The translations under genes and the position numbers were made by a program. Below the pieces are notes generated by a model. The model saw only the letters and a list, made by a program, of their open reading frames with translations, ran no database searches and was not told where the DNA came from. From Rhabdochlamydiaceae bacterium (GTDB taxonomy: Bacteria; Chlamydiota; Chlamydiia; Chlamydiales; Rhabdochlamydiaceae): a stretch of 64,000 bases of DNA. The DNA is taken from contig JAIETG010000010.1 in assembly GCA_019745395.1 (NCBI GenBank), positions 34,796-98,795 of the forward strand, written 5' to 3'. Positions 33,500 through 43,341 of the stretch are shown here, piece after piece (the stretch's first letter is position 1; the number at the start of each line of letters is the position of its first letter).

Positions 33500-34618
33500 A
33501 TGGGCTCTCCTTCTTGGCCTCATCCTTCCTGGATAGAAATTGATCTTAAACAGCTAAAAAGCAACATTGCGACCATCCAAAGCTACATTGGCAAGTCTCT
33601 TTATTGTTTGCCGGCAAAAGCCAACGCTTATGGTCATGGGCTCAAAAAAATCGGAAAAACAGCAGAAGAGGCAGGCATTGATTATATTGCTGTAGCCCAT
33701 CTGCAAGAAGGGATTGCTTTAAGAGAAGCCAATGTGAGACTACCTATTTTGGTCTTGGGAGCTATCCATGAAGATCAGATCTTAGATCTGATCAATTTCA
33801 ACCTCGAATTCACCATTAGCTCAACGTTTAAAGCAGATTTAGTTGCTGAAAAATGCAAAAAAAAATGGCAAAAATGTGGAGTTCACATAGAAGTCGATAC
33901 GGGCATGCAAAGAACGGGAGTCCGTCCATCCACGGCAACCTCTCTTTTTACGCATCTTCAAAAACTCCCCTGCTTTGAAATTAAAGGGATCTATTCCCAT
34001 TTAGCGACAGCAGATCGTCCGAATGATCCCTTTGCGCTAAAGCAGATAGAAAGCTTTCTCTCTCTGGTACAACAACCTCCTTTTCTAGAATCCCCCATCC
34101 TTCGTCATATCGCAAATTCTGGAGGCACTGCCTTCTTCCCTCATGCTCATCTGGATATGGTTCGACCTACTTTAATGACCTTAGGATACCTTCCCCCTGA
34201 AGTTCCGGAAGCTCTAGCCAATATCAAGCCCTGCTTTTCTTTAAAGACAAAAGTTTCCTATTTCAAAGTGGTAGAGCCCGGAACCGGAGTCAGCTACGGG
34301 CATTCCTATGTTACGCCAGCAAAAACACGTATTGTAACAGTTCCTGTCGGATACGGAGATGGGTATCGTAGATGTCTTTCGAATCAAGGATCTGTTTTAA
34401 TCCGAGGCAAAAAATTTCCTATTGTAGGCACGATTTGCATGGATCAGTTTATGGTCGATGTGGGGCAACATGAAGTGAGGGTCGGAGACGAGGTTGTCTT
34501 AATCGGAAAACAAGGTGAAGAAGAGATTCTTTTAGAAGAGATCGCTAAACTGTGTCAGACAAATTCCTATGAAATTCTCTGTGGGTTTAACGACCGTATG
34601 CCTCGTATCTATCTCTGA
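33500..34618 (+). CDS. alr: Alanine racemase
   Basis: PLP-lysine motif LPAKANAYGHGL, SHLATAD, VGYGDGYRR, GTICMDQFMVDV. Confidence 0.9.
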   Translation: MGSPSWPHPSWIEIDLKQLKSNIATIQSYIGKSLYCLPAKANAYGHGLKKIGKTAEEAGIDYIAVAHLQEGIALREANVRLPILVLGAIHEDQILDLINFNLEFTISSTFKADLVAEKCKKKWQKCGVHIEVDTGMQRTGVRPSTATSLFTHLQKLPCFEIKGIYSHLATADRPNDPFALKQIESFLSLVQQPPFLESPILRHIANSGGTAFFPHAHLDMVRPTLMTLGYLPPEVPEALANIKPCFSLKTKVSYFKVVEPGTGVSYGHSYVTPAKTRIVTVPVGYGDGYRRCLSNQGSVLIRGKKFPIVGTICMDQFMVDVGQHEVRVGDEVVLIGKQGEEEILLEEIAKLCQTNSYEILCGFNDRMPRIYL

Positions 34619-35652
34619 AAAAGATCCAGCCAAATTTCTCCTGCTGGCACAGTAAACACCTCTACAGGAGTCGACAGAACTTTCCCTCGATCTTTGAACG
34701 ATCTTTTCATTCTAAAGGTTTTTATTTCTGTTGGCAGATGCAATCGAAGTTCTTGATCTCGAGGTACAACAATTTTCATCTTCCGCAAGCGATGCTTAGT
34801 CCATTCTAAATCAATAGTACATCCATTTTCCGTCTGAATGTCTGTCATCTTTCCGCAAACAAATTGAGAGGGAAGACAAGGTAAAAAATGCCATCCATCT
34901 TCTTTATCTTGAAAAAACAAGGAGCGAATGCTTTTAGATCCCTGAGGAAGTAGATCCTTTGCAGAGTCGACCAAAGGAGCAATCCCCTGCTTTTCTGCAT
35001 CTTCCTTTCTAGGAAAAAGTCCCGCAGAAAAATGCGCAAGATATGTTAGCAATAATAAATCATAGGCTTTTTGCCTTTCTTTTTTACTAATAGCCTCATC
35101 TAAGGCAGGAAAAAACGTATTTTCTTCTTTTTCTCGGGGAAACGTATTGCCTAAGGCATACCACAAAGGAAGAATCTCTCTCAAATCTTTGCGATCGCGC
35201 ATTCTTTCCCATTCTTTTTGCTTGCCAATGCCTAAAAAAAGTTTTTCTTGAGAGCTGAGTTCATTAAGTTCCATTAAGCACATAGGGAAAGCATCCCCAC
35301 TAAAAAAGCGCTTTACCTCTTCTTGATACGTAATAGAAATTCCATCCGCTGGAGTTTTTTCAAAGCGCAGCATAAGAGAGCCTGTTTTTTCCACTTTTAC
35401 ACTCATCCGGAAATATCCCTTCTGAGACTGCCCATAGATCCGAACAAGCTTAGCATCTAAATCCTGTTCTACAGTAAAAGGATCCATAGGACCTTTAAGA
35501 TCTAGGGTCATAAAGCTGCTTTGCTCCCCTAAAGGACCCCAAGACAGCTCTGTCGGAAAAACCTGGAGAGCAATAAAAGTTCCCGGAACCATCACGTGAT
35601 GCCCTGAGATATGAGAAAAAGATCGAAGCCGATCAGAAATTGCAATCTTCAT
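34609..35652 (-). CDS. Conserved-looking hypothetical protein (347 aa), translationally coupled to mtaB
   Basis: Its start overlaps the mtaB stop (ATGA). No motif recognised. Confidence 0.55.
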   Translation of the reverse strand: MKIAISDRLRSFSHISGHHVMVPGTFIALQVFPTELSWGPLGEQSSFMTLDLKGPMDPFTVEQDLDAKLVRIYGQSQKGYFRMSVKVEKTGSLMLRFEKTPADGISITYQEEVKRFFSGDAFPMCLMELNELSSQEKLFLGIGKQKEWERMRDRKDLREILPLWYALGNTFPREKEENTFFPALDEAISKKERQKAYDLLLLTYLAHFSAGLFPRKEDAEKQGIAPLVDSAKDLLPQGSKSIRSLFFQDKEDGWHFLPCLPSQFVCGKMTDIQTENGCTIDLEWTKHRLRKMKIVVPRDQELRLHLPTEIKTFRMKRSFKDRGKVLSTPVEVFTVPAGEIWLDLFQR

Positions 35653-36926
35653 ATAATCATTCCTCTCAGGCTTTCTTTCCCGTTTTCTATGAGCTTTACA
35701 CGGACAATTTCATTGGAACGCAGAGTCTTACTTCCAGACTCTACCCATACAGAAAGAAAATTTTCCGTATGACCTGAAAACAGCTCAGGGAAATCCTTGA
35801 CAGGAGACTCTAAAAGCACATCCATTTCTCTTCCAACATACGTTTCTCTTAAAGAAAAAGAGGTTTCTTCTGCTAAGTGTAAAACTCTCTTTTTTCGCTC
35901 TTGGATCACATCTTGAGCGATTTGATTGGGGTACAATGCGGCCCGCGTCTTACTTCTAGGGCTATAGGGAAACATATGCACTTTTGCAAATCGCACAGTA
36001 CGCATAACTTCTAAAGTATCTTGAAAATCTGCTTCAGACTCTCCAGGGAAGCCCACAATTACATCGGTTGTAAAAGTGAAATCAGGATGAGCTTTCTTCA
36101 GCTTTTCTACTGTGTCTAAAAAAATCTGCAATGTGTATTTACGATTCATCCGTTTTAAAACGACGTTAGATCCTGACTGCAGCACGATATGAAAAGAAGG
36201 ACAAGTATGTTTTCCATTTAAGACCGCTTGTGTAAGATCCTCATCTACTTCATCAGGATCGATGGAAGAAATTCTAAGCCGCTCCACTCCCTCAACCGCA
36301 TCTACTGCGCGTACAAGATCTGCTAAACGAACGGGGAGCTCTCCTTCTTTAGGAGCTCCATCAAAGTCTCCAATATTAATCCCTGTAAGCACAATTTCTC
36401 GAAAACCGCTAGCTACTAACGATTTTATTTCCTCTAAAATATCGTCTAATCTACGAGATCTAGATCTGCCTCTGACATAAGGAATAATGCAATAAGTGCA
36501 AAAAGAGTTACAGCCATCTTGGACTTTCACAAAGGCTCTAGTGTGTGCTTCAAAATTTTGAATAGCAAATTCAGGCCAATCTTCCTCTGGGAAGACTATA
36601 GGAAGAAGGTTTTCTTTATCTTGATTTCCCACTACATGGGAAACTCCCGCCATCTGCAAAAAAGATTTACCATCTTTTTCTGCAGCGCAGCCAGTAACCA
36701 CAATCTGAGCTCCCGGATTTTGCTTTGCAAGCTGTCTTACAGAATACCTGCTCGAATGGTCGGCAGACTCCGTTACCGTGCAGGTATTGACCAGACAAAG
36801 CTCTGCTGATTCCCCATCTCCTGCTTGCTCATATCCCAAAGCCTTAAGCTGATCGATATACGCTTGCGACTCATATTGATTGGTACGACAGCCGAGAGTT
36901 ACTACTTTAAATTTTTTACTCGTCAT
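35649..36926 (-). CDS. mtaB: tRNA t6A37 methylthiotransferase MtaB (radical SAM)
   Basis: VVTLGCRTNQYESQ N-domain, radical-SAM CNSFCTYCIIPYVRG, ~425 aa. Confidence 0.85.
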   Translation of the reverse strand: MTSKKFKVVTLGCRTNQYESQAYIDQLKALGYEQAGDGESAELCLVNTCTVTESADHSSRYSVRQLAKQNPGAQIVVTGCAAEKDGKSFLQMAGVSHVVGNQDKENLLPIVFPEEDWPEFAIQNFEAHTRAFVKVQDGCNSFCTYCIIPYVRGRSRSRRLDDILEEIKSLVASGFREIVLTGINIGDFDGAPKEGELPVRLADLVRAVDAVEGVERLRISSIDPDEVDEDLTQAVLNGKHTCPSFHIVLQSGSNVVLKRMNRKYTLQIFLDTVEKLKKAHPDFTFTTDVIVGFPGESEADFQDTLEVMRTVRFAKVHMFPYSPRSKTRAALYPNQIAQDVIQERKKRVLHLAEETSFSLRETYVGREMDVLLESPVKDFPELFSGHTENFLSVWVESGSKTLRSNEIVRVKLIENGKESLRGMII

Positions 36927-37048
36927 GAAAAACCTTTATTCTCAAGGCGGGTATTATGCCATGAGACTTTATGCAGATGCAAGATTTCATTGCTTAGACA
37001 TGAAAAAAATGGTACAAATTCCCTGAAAAAAAATTAAGGACGCTCTGC

Positions 37049-37456
37049 ATGAAATTTCCGATGATGTGCCCCTGCAAGAGTAAAAAAAAATATAACGACT
37101 GCTGCAGACCCTACCACGAAAAAACACTTCATCCAACTGATGCAGTAGCTCTCATGAGATCACGTTATAGCGCTTATGCTCTAGGATTAGCGGACTACAT
37201 CATAGAAACTACCCATCCAGACCATCCACATGTATCTGCCAAAGTATGGGAATGGAGAGAGGACATTTTACAATTTACTCGAGAGACCGAATTCCTAGAT
37301 TTAGAAATCTTGTCTTCTGAAGAACGGCAAGAAAAAGCTTACGTTACCTTTACGGCTTCATTGATGCAGCACGGAAAAGATGTCTCATATACAGAAAAAA
37401 GCCTTTTCGAATTAAAAGACGGAATTTGGCTCTACAAAGAAGCGGAGTTCCTCTAA
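37049..37456 (+). CDS. YchJ-family protein with an N-terminal SEC-C zinc motif
   Basis: CPCKSKKKYNDCCRPYH, followed by ALMRSRYSAYA (UPF0225-like). Confidence 0.7.
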   Translation: MKFPMMCPCKSKKKYNDCCRPYHEKTLHPTDAVALMRSRYSAYALGLADYIIETTHPDHPHVSAKVWEWREDILQFTRETEFLDLEILSSEERQEKAYVTFTASLMQHGKDVSYTEKSLFELKDGIWLYKEAEFL

Positions 37457-37457
37457 C

Positions 37458-39200
37458 ATGCTACAAATAGAAAACTTATCTAAAAGCTACGGAGGCGTAC
37501 TTCTTTTTGATGGAGTCTCCTTTTCCCTACAAAAAGGAGAGAAATGCGCTCTCGTGGGAAGAAATGGATCTGGAAAAACCACGCTATTTCGAATCTTGAA
37601 AGGAGAGGAATCTGCCGATAGCGGATCTATCCTCTTACCTAAGGGGTATAAACTAGGATTTTTGGATCAACATTTAGAATTTAAAGCCCCGACCGTCTGG
37701 GAAGAGGCCTTAAGAGATCTTCCACCAGAAAAGCCAGAGTATGAAGTAGAAAGCATCTTATTTGGACTTGGATTTGATAAAGAGCTTCTAGAAAAACCTC
37801 CCGAAGTTTTATCCGGAGGCTACCACTTAAGATTAAAACTTGCCAAAGTTCTCTCTCAACAGCCTGATTGTCTACTCTTAGACGAACCGACCAACTACCT
37901 GGACATTGTCAGCCTTCGCTGGCTAGAGCGCTATCTGAAAAACTGGAGAAAAGAGTGCATTTTCATCTCCCATGATCGAGATTTTCTCAATGGACTGGTT
38001 TCCCACACCATGGGATTTCACCGTAAATGTCTAAAGAAAGTCGCTGGCGGACTCGAAGAGTTTTATCAAAAGATCGTAGAAGAAGAAGAGATCTATGAAA
38101 AAACACGTCAAAGTATCGAGAAGAAAAAAGAGCATCTAGAAGATTATATTCGCAGATTCGGCGCCAAAGCTAGTAAAGCTACGCAAGCACAATCCAAAGC
38201 AAAAGCTCTAGAAAAAATCCCCTCTCTTACAAAACTTGCTGCTTTAGAAAATCTTTCTTTTCATTTTGAATACTCCCCTTTTTCCGGGAAAAAAATGATC
38301 TCTTTAGATCACGCAGATTTCCATTATCAGGAAGATAAACCCCTGATCCAAGGAGTGTCTTGCGATATCGAAAAGGGGCAGAAAATTGCGATCATTGGAA
38401 AAAACGGAATGGGAAAATCGACCCTATTGCAATTAATATCAGGCGACATCTCTCCTACAAAAGGCTCATACTCTTGTAGCTCTTCTTTAAAAAAAGGGAT
38501 ATTTGGACAAACGCACATTTTAAAACTCGACCTTGATCAAACTATTGAAGAAGCCATTTCTTCGGCCAATCGCAATCTTCCTTATGCCAAAGTCCGAGCG
38601 ATCTGCGGTCAAATGCTATTTTCTCAAGATGCTGCCAAAAAAAGAATCTCTCTACTCTCCGGAGGAGAAAGAAGTCGAGTTCTCTTAGGGCAAATCTTAG
38701 CAACTCCTACAAACATCCTTCTATTGGACGAACCAACCCACCATCTCGATCTTGAATCTATCGAAGGTCTAATGGAAGCCTTAGAGTCCTATGAAGGCGC
38801 TATTGTATTAGTGACTCACAGCGAGTGGATGCTTGAAAGAATGAACCCTGATCTTCTCATTGTATTTGATGAAAACAGGCAAAAAGTCTTCTTAGGAAAC
38901 TATCCAGAATTTTTAGAAAAAGAAGGCTGGCAAGAACCCTCCTTAAAAAAAGCAAAACCCAAACAAGCTCCCGTCAAAAACAAAGAGCCTTCGACCTCAT
39001 CTTTAGAAAAAGAGATTGAGCGCATGGAAGCATCGATTGAAACTTTAGAAACAAAAAACAAGCAATTAGAGACAAAACTTGCGCTTGTTTATGAGGAGCC
39101 CACTGCCAAGGAAATTGCAGCTCTTCATCAAGAAATTGAAAAGCTCTATCAAAACCTGGAAAAAAAATATCAAGAGCTCGCTTCCTACAAAAAAAAATAG
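37458..39200 (+). CDS. ABC-F family ATPase (two ABC domains, no TM domain)
   Basis: Walker A GRNGSGKTT and GKNGMGKST; signatures LSGGYHLR and LSGGERSRV; Walker B LLLDEPTN and LLLDEPTH; C-terminal coiled coil. Confidence 0.9.
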   Translation: MLQIENLSKSYGGVLLFDGVSFSLQKGEKCALVGRNGSGKTTLFRILKGEESADSGSILLPKGYKLGFLDQHLEFKAPTVWEEALRDLPPEKPEYEVESILFGLGFDKELLEKPPEVLSGGYHLRLKLAKVLSQQPDCLLLDEPTNYLDIVSLRWLERYLKNWRKECIFISHDRDFLNGLVSHTMGFHRKCLKKVAGGLEEFYQKIVEEEEIYEKTRQSIEKKKEHLEDYIRRFGAKASKATQAQSKAKALEKIPSLTKLAALENLSFHFEYSPFSGKKMISLDHADFHYQEDKPLIQGVSCDIEKGQKIAIIGKNGMGKSTLLQLISGDISPTKGSYSCSSSLKKGIFGQTHILKLDLDQTIEEAISSANRNLPYAKVRAICGQMLFSQDAAKKRISLLSGGERSRVLLGQILATPTNILLLDEPTHHLDLESIEGLMEALESYEGAIVLVTHSEWMLERMNPDLLIVFDENRQKVFLGNYPEFLEKEGWQEPSLKKAKPKQAPVKNKEPSTSSLEKEIERMEASIETLETKNKQLETKLALVYEEPTAKEIAALHQEIEKLYQNLEKKYQELASYKKK

Positions 39201-39202
39201 CC

Positions 39203-41842
39203 TTACGCGGTGCTATTAAGGGCCACCATAACAAGCGTTGTATTGTCGTAGGCTCCGTTTTTATAAAAAGAATACCCCATGGAATCGGCCGTATTCTGTA
39301 AAGAAAGTCCTTTTTCTGAAAAATATGTGTTCTGAATTACTCGAGCTATTTCTCGAGAAGTTGCAACATCGGTTGCTCCATCAGAAACGGCTACTAAAAC
39401 CGCATTAGGGTAATCTGTTAAGTCTGTTTTAGAAAAAGTTACAGTGGGGTTTGTCCCAAGAACACTGTGATCTCCAATCGCACTGCCCATTCCTACATCG
39501 TAACTGATTCTACAAGACGGTTCATTATGTGCTTTCGTCACTGAACCACCCAAGGTTTCAACGATCGTCTTATGAGGCTCTTCATTGGGTTCTGCATCAA
39601 TAGAGAGTTGTTTCCATCTATCTTGAGAAACCAGAACGGTTCTTGAATCTCCCACATTGGCTGTATACAGGAAGTTTCCGACTTTAACAGATACCGTAGC
39701 CGTAGATCCTCCAGCAGATTCTAAATACGCATAATCCAGCTCCACGAGAGCTTGTCTTAAAGCATTGCAAACGATTGCATCTAGGGTAAAGTCTGGGTAA
39801 TTCGTTTTATCGGCAAATATCATCAAATGCTTTTGCAGAGTATCGCTCAAATAGGATTTTAGATGTTCTGCACATTTCTCTCCTGCATGACCATCAAAAA
39901 CTCCCGTAAGGAGTATGGGATTAGCATCTAATAGAGGAATCGAAAATGTGGTCACTATAGATCTATCTTCCATATAAGGATAATCCCCTTGCGTAGAATG
40001 TACCACTGCAGGATATCCTAAGACGCTCAAAGAATCTGTTTTATGATAATAACTTACCAAATCTTTTGCGCCCCTAGCCTTTTGCACTTTCTCATTTTTT
40101 CGATAATGAGAAACCAATTCACACTTATCACCTATATCTACTTCAGAAAAATAAAGGAAATCGCCCAGCCCAAAGATCTGGCGTTGAGATTTCTGAGAAG
40201 AAGGATTCAGTAATATCTGCGAAATCTTTTCCTCTTCTTTCCGCAAAAGACTCTTGACGTCTCTTCGCGCAAGGACTCTCTTATTTCCTTCGAATACTTC
40301 ACCACGTTTACATAGCAACTGATACTTTGATAGTAGATCAGGCATAAACACGATATTTGGCCTGTCTTTTATTCTCTGATACGCTTCTATCTCTTTAGAG
40401 CGTATAAGATTTGCAAAAGTAATAAGACCTATATGTGGAATTCGTTTTGCGTTATAAAGAGAGGAAATCGAAGAAGTTCTTGCCGGAGTGTAAAGTGCTG
40501 AATCTATTCCTTCTAAAGTCAAAGTCCCATAAGAGATCGGCCAAAAAAACACTTCTGTATCTTCTTGTTTTAATTGAATGGGAATCCCTGTTTTTTCCAT
40601 TAAAATTTGCAAAGACTCTGGGGTTATTTCCTCTAAGGAAGAGTCTTCATTAGCCGATTCCCACAGAGATTTAAGATCTTTTGCCAATATTTCAATCGGC
40701 AAAACACTCTTCAGCATTGCCTGAAAGCCTTCCGTAGATTTCACGCTTGCTGCATTTTTCAATATCTCGACACTTCTTAAGCTCAAATCTGGATTCGGAT
40801 TTTGTCTTAATTTTTTTTCAAACGCTTTATTTTGATAACAAATATGAAGCATGGCTGTCGCGTAGCCAGTAAAGAACCTCATGCTTGGATTTTTCGTTTT
40901 CATGCGAATATCCCCATCTTGTAAGCATTCTACTAAGATCGGATACTCCATAGGATAAAAACATTTATCTTTATAGAGAATTTTCCCAATTTCTGGGAAA
41001 GCCCCCTTCAGAGCGCATGGTTTCAGACCAGACGTTGGATCATTCAAAAAAATGGAGACTTTTTTCTGCAACTTGCCCATCAACGCTTCTATAATCGGAA
41101 GAGTTGCAAAAGCATCGCCATATCGAACCATTCGCACCAGATTTTCGAAGGACTCATGACTGAAATCTTCACTTAAATTCAGATCATCCCCTCTTTGAAT
41201 GAATGACTCTCGAACCTTACGATACGTGCTTTCTCGATTCGGAGAATCCTCGAGTGCAGAACCTGCCAAGGTTCTTAAAAGATAGACCCAAGTTTGCATA
41301 TGCTGAGGATTTTGAACATCAAGACCTGTTCTTAACATTTCGAATACTAGCTCTCGATCCGCATCTGAAAACATCGGGGCACTATAAGTAGCATCTATCA
41401 AAAATTGCGCAGACCCACTTTCCAAAATATGATCCCATAGACAAACGGCGTAGCTTAGAAAAAAGCTATCTTCTTTTTCTCCAATTTCTCTATAAAGCAC
41501 TTCCAAACCGCTTGGCAGTGTTACAAGTTTTTGTTCAGAGATCAATGGTTGTTTTTTTCTATCCTTAGATCCCTGTATTAACGCATCTTCTAAAGAGTTT
41601 CTTTTGGGAAGATTTAAACGATGTCGAACAATAGAATCAGCCTTGTTATCAGATCGAGGGCTTTCTTCTATTCGCCCAACAGGTCGTAAATCGGTAGCAT
41701 CCGAATTTACCACAGAAGGTGATTCTACTAGTTGGTACTGAGCTATTCGATCTACTCTAGGAGCTGTTTGAGACACTACATCAGGCGTACCCTGGCAACA
41801 TGATAATATTGAATCCCAACATCCGGAAATAGCACTAATCAT
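39203..41842 (-). CDS. Multidomain protein: ~470-aa lineage-specific domain (paralogous to 43338..45074) fused to a C-terminal PP2C Ser/Thr phosphatase
   Basis: PP2C motifs GVFDGHAGEKCAEHL, ANVGDSRTVL, LVAVSDGATDV, DNTTLVMVAL in the last ~260 aa. The N-terminal domain aligns by eye with the 578-aa neighbour. Confidence 0.8.
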   Translation of the reverse strand: MISAISGCWDSILSCCQGTPDVVSQTAPRVDRIAQYQLVESPSVVNSDATDLRPVGRIEESPRSDNKADSIVRHRLNLPKRNSLEDALIQGSKDRKKQPLISEQKLVTLPSGLEVLYREIGEKEDSFFLSYAVCLWDHILESGSAQFLIDATYSAPMFSDADRELVFEMLRTGLDVQNPQHMQTWVYLLRTLAGSALEDSPNRESTYRKVRESFIQRGDDLNLSEDFSHESFENLVRMVRYGDAFATLPIIEALMGKLQKKVSIFLNDPTSGLKPCALKGAFPEIGKILYKDKCFYPMEYPILVECLQDGDIRMKTKNPSMRFFTGYATAMLHICYQNKAFEKKLRQNPNPDLSLRSVEILKNAASVKSTEGFQAMLKSVLPIEILAKDLKSLWESANEDSSLEEITPESLQILMEKTGIPIQLKQEDTEVFFWPISYGTLTLEGIDSALYTPARTSSISSLYNAKRIPHIGLITFANLIRSKEIEAYQRIKDRPNIVFMPDLLSKYQLLCKRGEVFEGNKRVLARRDVKSLLRKEEEKISQILLNPSSQKSQRQIFGLGDFLYFSEVDIGDKCELVSHYRKNEKVQKARGAKDLVSYYHKTDSLSVLGYPAVVHSTQGDYPYMEDRSIVTTFSIPLLDANPILLTGVFDGHAGEKCAEHLKSYLSDTLQKHLMIFADKTNYPDFTLDAIVCNALRQALVELDYAYLESAGGSTATVSVKVGNFLYTANVGDSRTVLVSQDRWKQLSIDAEPNEEPHKTIVETLGGSVTKAHNEPSCRISYDVGMGSAIGDHSVLGTNPTVTFSKTDLTDYPNAVLVAVSDGATDVATSREIARVIQNTYFSEKGLSLQNTADSMGYSFYKNGAYDNTTLVMVALNSTA

Positions 41843-42150
41843 ATATACCTACGCCAAGTTATGAATTTATACAGAGACAAAAAACAAAGATCCCAAAAAT
41901 CAGATCGCGAAAGACTGTATTCCTAGACAGATTTAAAAAAAAGGCAAAAAAACCTTCCAGATCGGTTTAAGAACAAAAAACACACAATATGTTAATCTTT
42001 TAAAATAAGACACTTAGAACCATTAGAACACACCTCAAAAAACCACTTATTAAATCAAAAAACTAACAAACAACAAAAAAAGAATATAAATTGATTTTTA
42101 AACATAAATTAAAGTAAAATATATAATTAACTTAATTTATAGAGACCATT

Positions 42151-43341
42151 ATGAGTTGGGAAATTTGCATATCTAACGGCTTTAAAGGAACATGCCAAGA
42201 AACGACACACTATTATCCTTTTTCTTGTGAAGCTGCAGAAAACAGCCCTACTGGGTTTGCCTTCCAAGATCAAGATGCCATAGCTCAAGCGATGATCATT
42301 GCCCCAATTGTATTAGGTGCGCTTTGCTGCTTAACCGCAGGAATTCAAACTATTGCAACAGAAGAACTCAGAAAAAAATTGCCACAAGCACTTGTGTCCT
42401 TAGTTCCTAAAACAGATGAAGCCGCCTCTAACTTTTTTCAAAGAATCACACCTCTTGCTACGGCAATACTAGGATCTAGCATTGCCGCTTCCACTGCAAT
42501 AAAACTTTTGCCTTCAAGTATAGCGATAGGTGTAGCTGCTATCGGAGTTGTCGCACCACTTTCTCTTTACATGCGCGGATCTGAATGGATGAGCGAAATT
42601 TTATCCTATAAAAAAGACATCATAGAACTATGTAGAGAATGTTTTTCTCCTAAAGACAATAGCGCCTTAGAAATTGGCAGGGCTATTCGTAACATAGGAC
42701 GTGTATTAGTCGGACTTGCCGTAACGGGTGTCTCCATTTGGTGGATGACAGATCTTCCTAAAATTATAGAAAACTCTTCGACCTATGATATGGCTTTGCC
42801 AGGACAAGTGCCAGGATTTGTCTTTTTAGAATACTTCCTATTTACAGCAGCCCATTTAGATCAGAGTTTTACGTATTTTATGAATAGCTCTAAAGAGGGA
42901 AAATCTCCTCTTTTAAATGGGCACACCTGGTTTCATGCGCTCAGTGCCGGACTTACAGCTGCTCTTCCCTTTCTCTACTTACATGCAGATCTAAGGATTC
43001 ATCACACTTTACTTGCCTCTGCTTTTATGCTTCTTCCATTCCACAGCTTAAAATTTCTAGGTCTTGCGCTTATGGCTGATGGATTGAACTATAGGGCCAA
43101 CAACTCAGGATTCATCACATATAATTGCGATACTCGTGGCAATCATTTCAACGAAGTTTTTAATCCATTTGGAGTAGACAACGTAGCTGTCAATAATTTC
43201 GCTTCTTTATTTTCCTACACTGCCTTCGGTTGCTGTTTAGAGCAAATGGCTATTAACATAGAAAAAGCAATCCGATCTTATAATCCCCGTCCAAATCCTC
43301 TTCATGAACTAGAAGAGCCTTTAGACGTGGATCGCGTTTAA
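42151..43341 (+). CDS. Polytopic membrane protein of unknown function
   Basis: 396 aa with several hydrophobic segments (IIAPIVLGALCCLTAGI, AILGSSIAAS...IAIGVAAIGVVAPL, VLVGLAVTGVSIWW, and others). It sits between the two paralogues on the opposite strand. Confidence 0.55.
   Translation: MSWEICISNGFKGTCQETTHYYPFSCEAAENSPTGFAFQDQDAIAQAMIIAPIVLGALCCLTAGIQTIATEELRKKLPQALVSLVPKTDEAASNFFQRITPLATAILGSSIAASTAIKLLPSSIAIGVAAIGVVAPLSLYMRGSEWMSEILSYKKDIIELCRECFSPKDNSALEIGRAIRNIGRVLVGLAVTGVSIWWMTDLPKIIENSSTYDMALPGQVPGFVFLEYFLFTAAHLDQSFTYFMNSSKEGKSPLLNGHTWFHALSAGLTAALPFLYLHADLRIHHTLLASAFMLLPFHSLKFLGLALMADGLNYRANNSGFITYNCDTRGNHFNEVFNPFGVDNVAVNNFASLFSYTAFGCCLEQMAINIEKAIRSYNPRPNPLHELEEPLDVDRV

Noticed and set aside
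40162-41557. Possible OTU deubiquitinase fold in the domain shared by the two paralogues (EDSFFLSYAVCLW resembles DGNCLFRA; VRYGD..T.PIIEAL resembles WGG..EL.ALS)
   Set aside because: The positions that would hold the catalytic Cys and His align to Phe or Tyr in both copies. The resemblance rests on a few residues, so it is not claimed without a profile or structure comparison.
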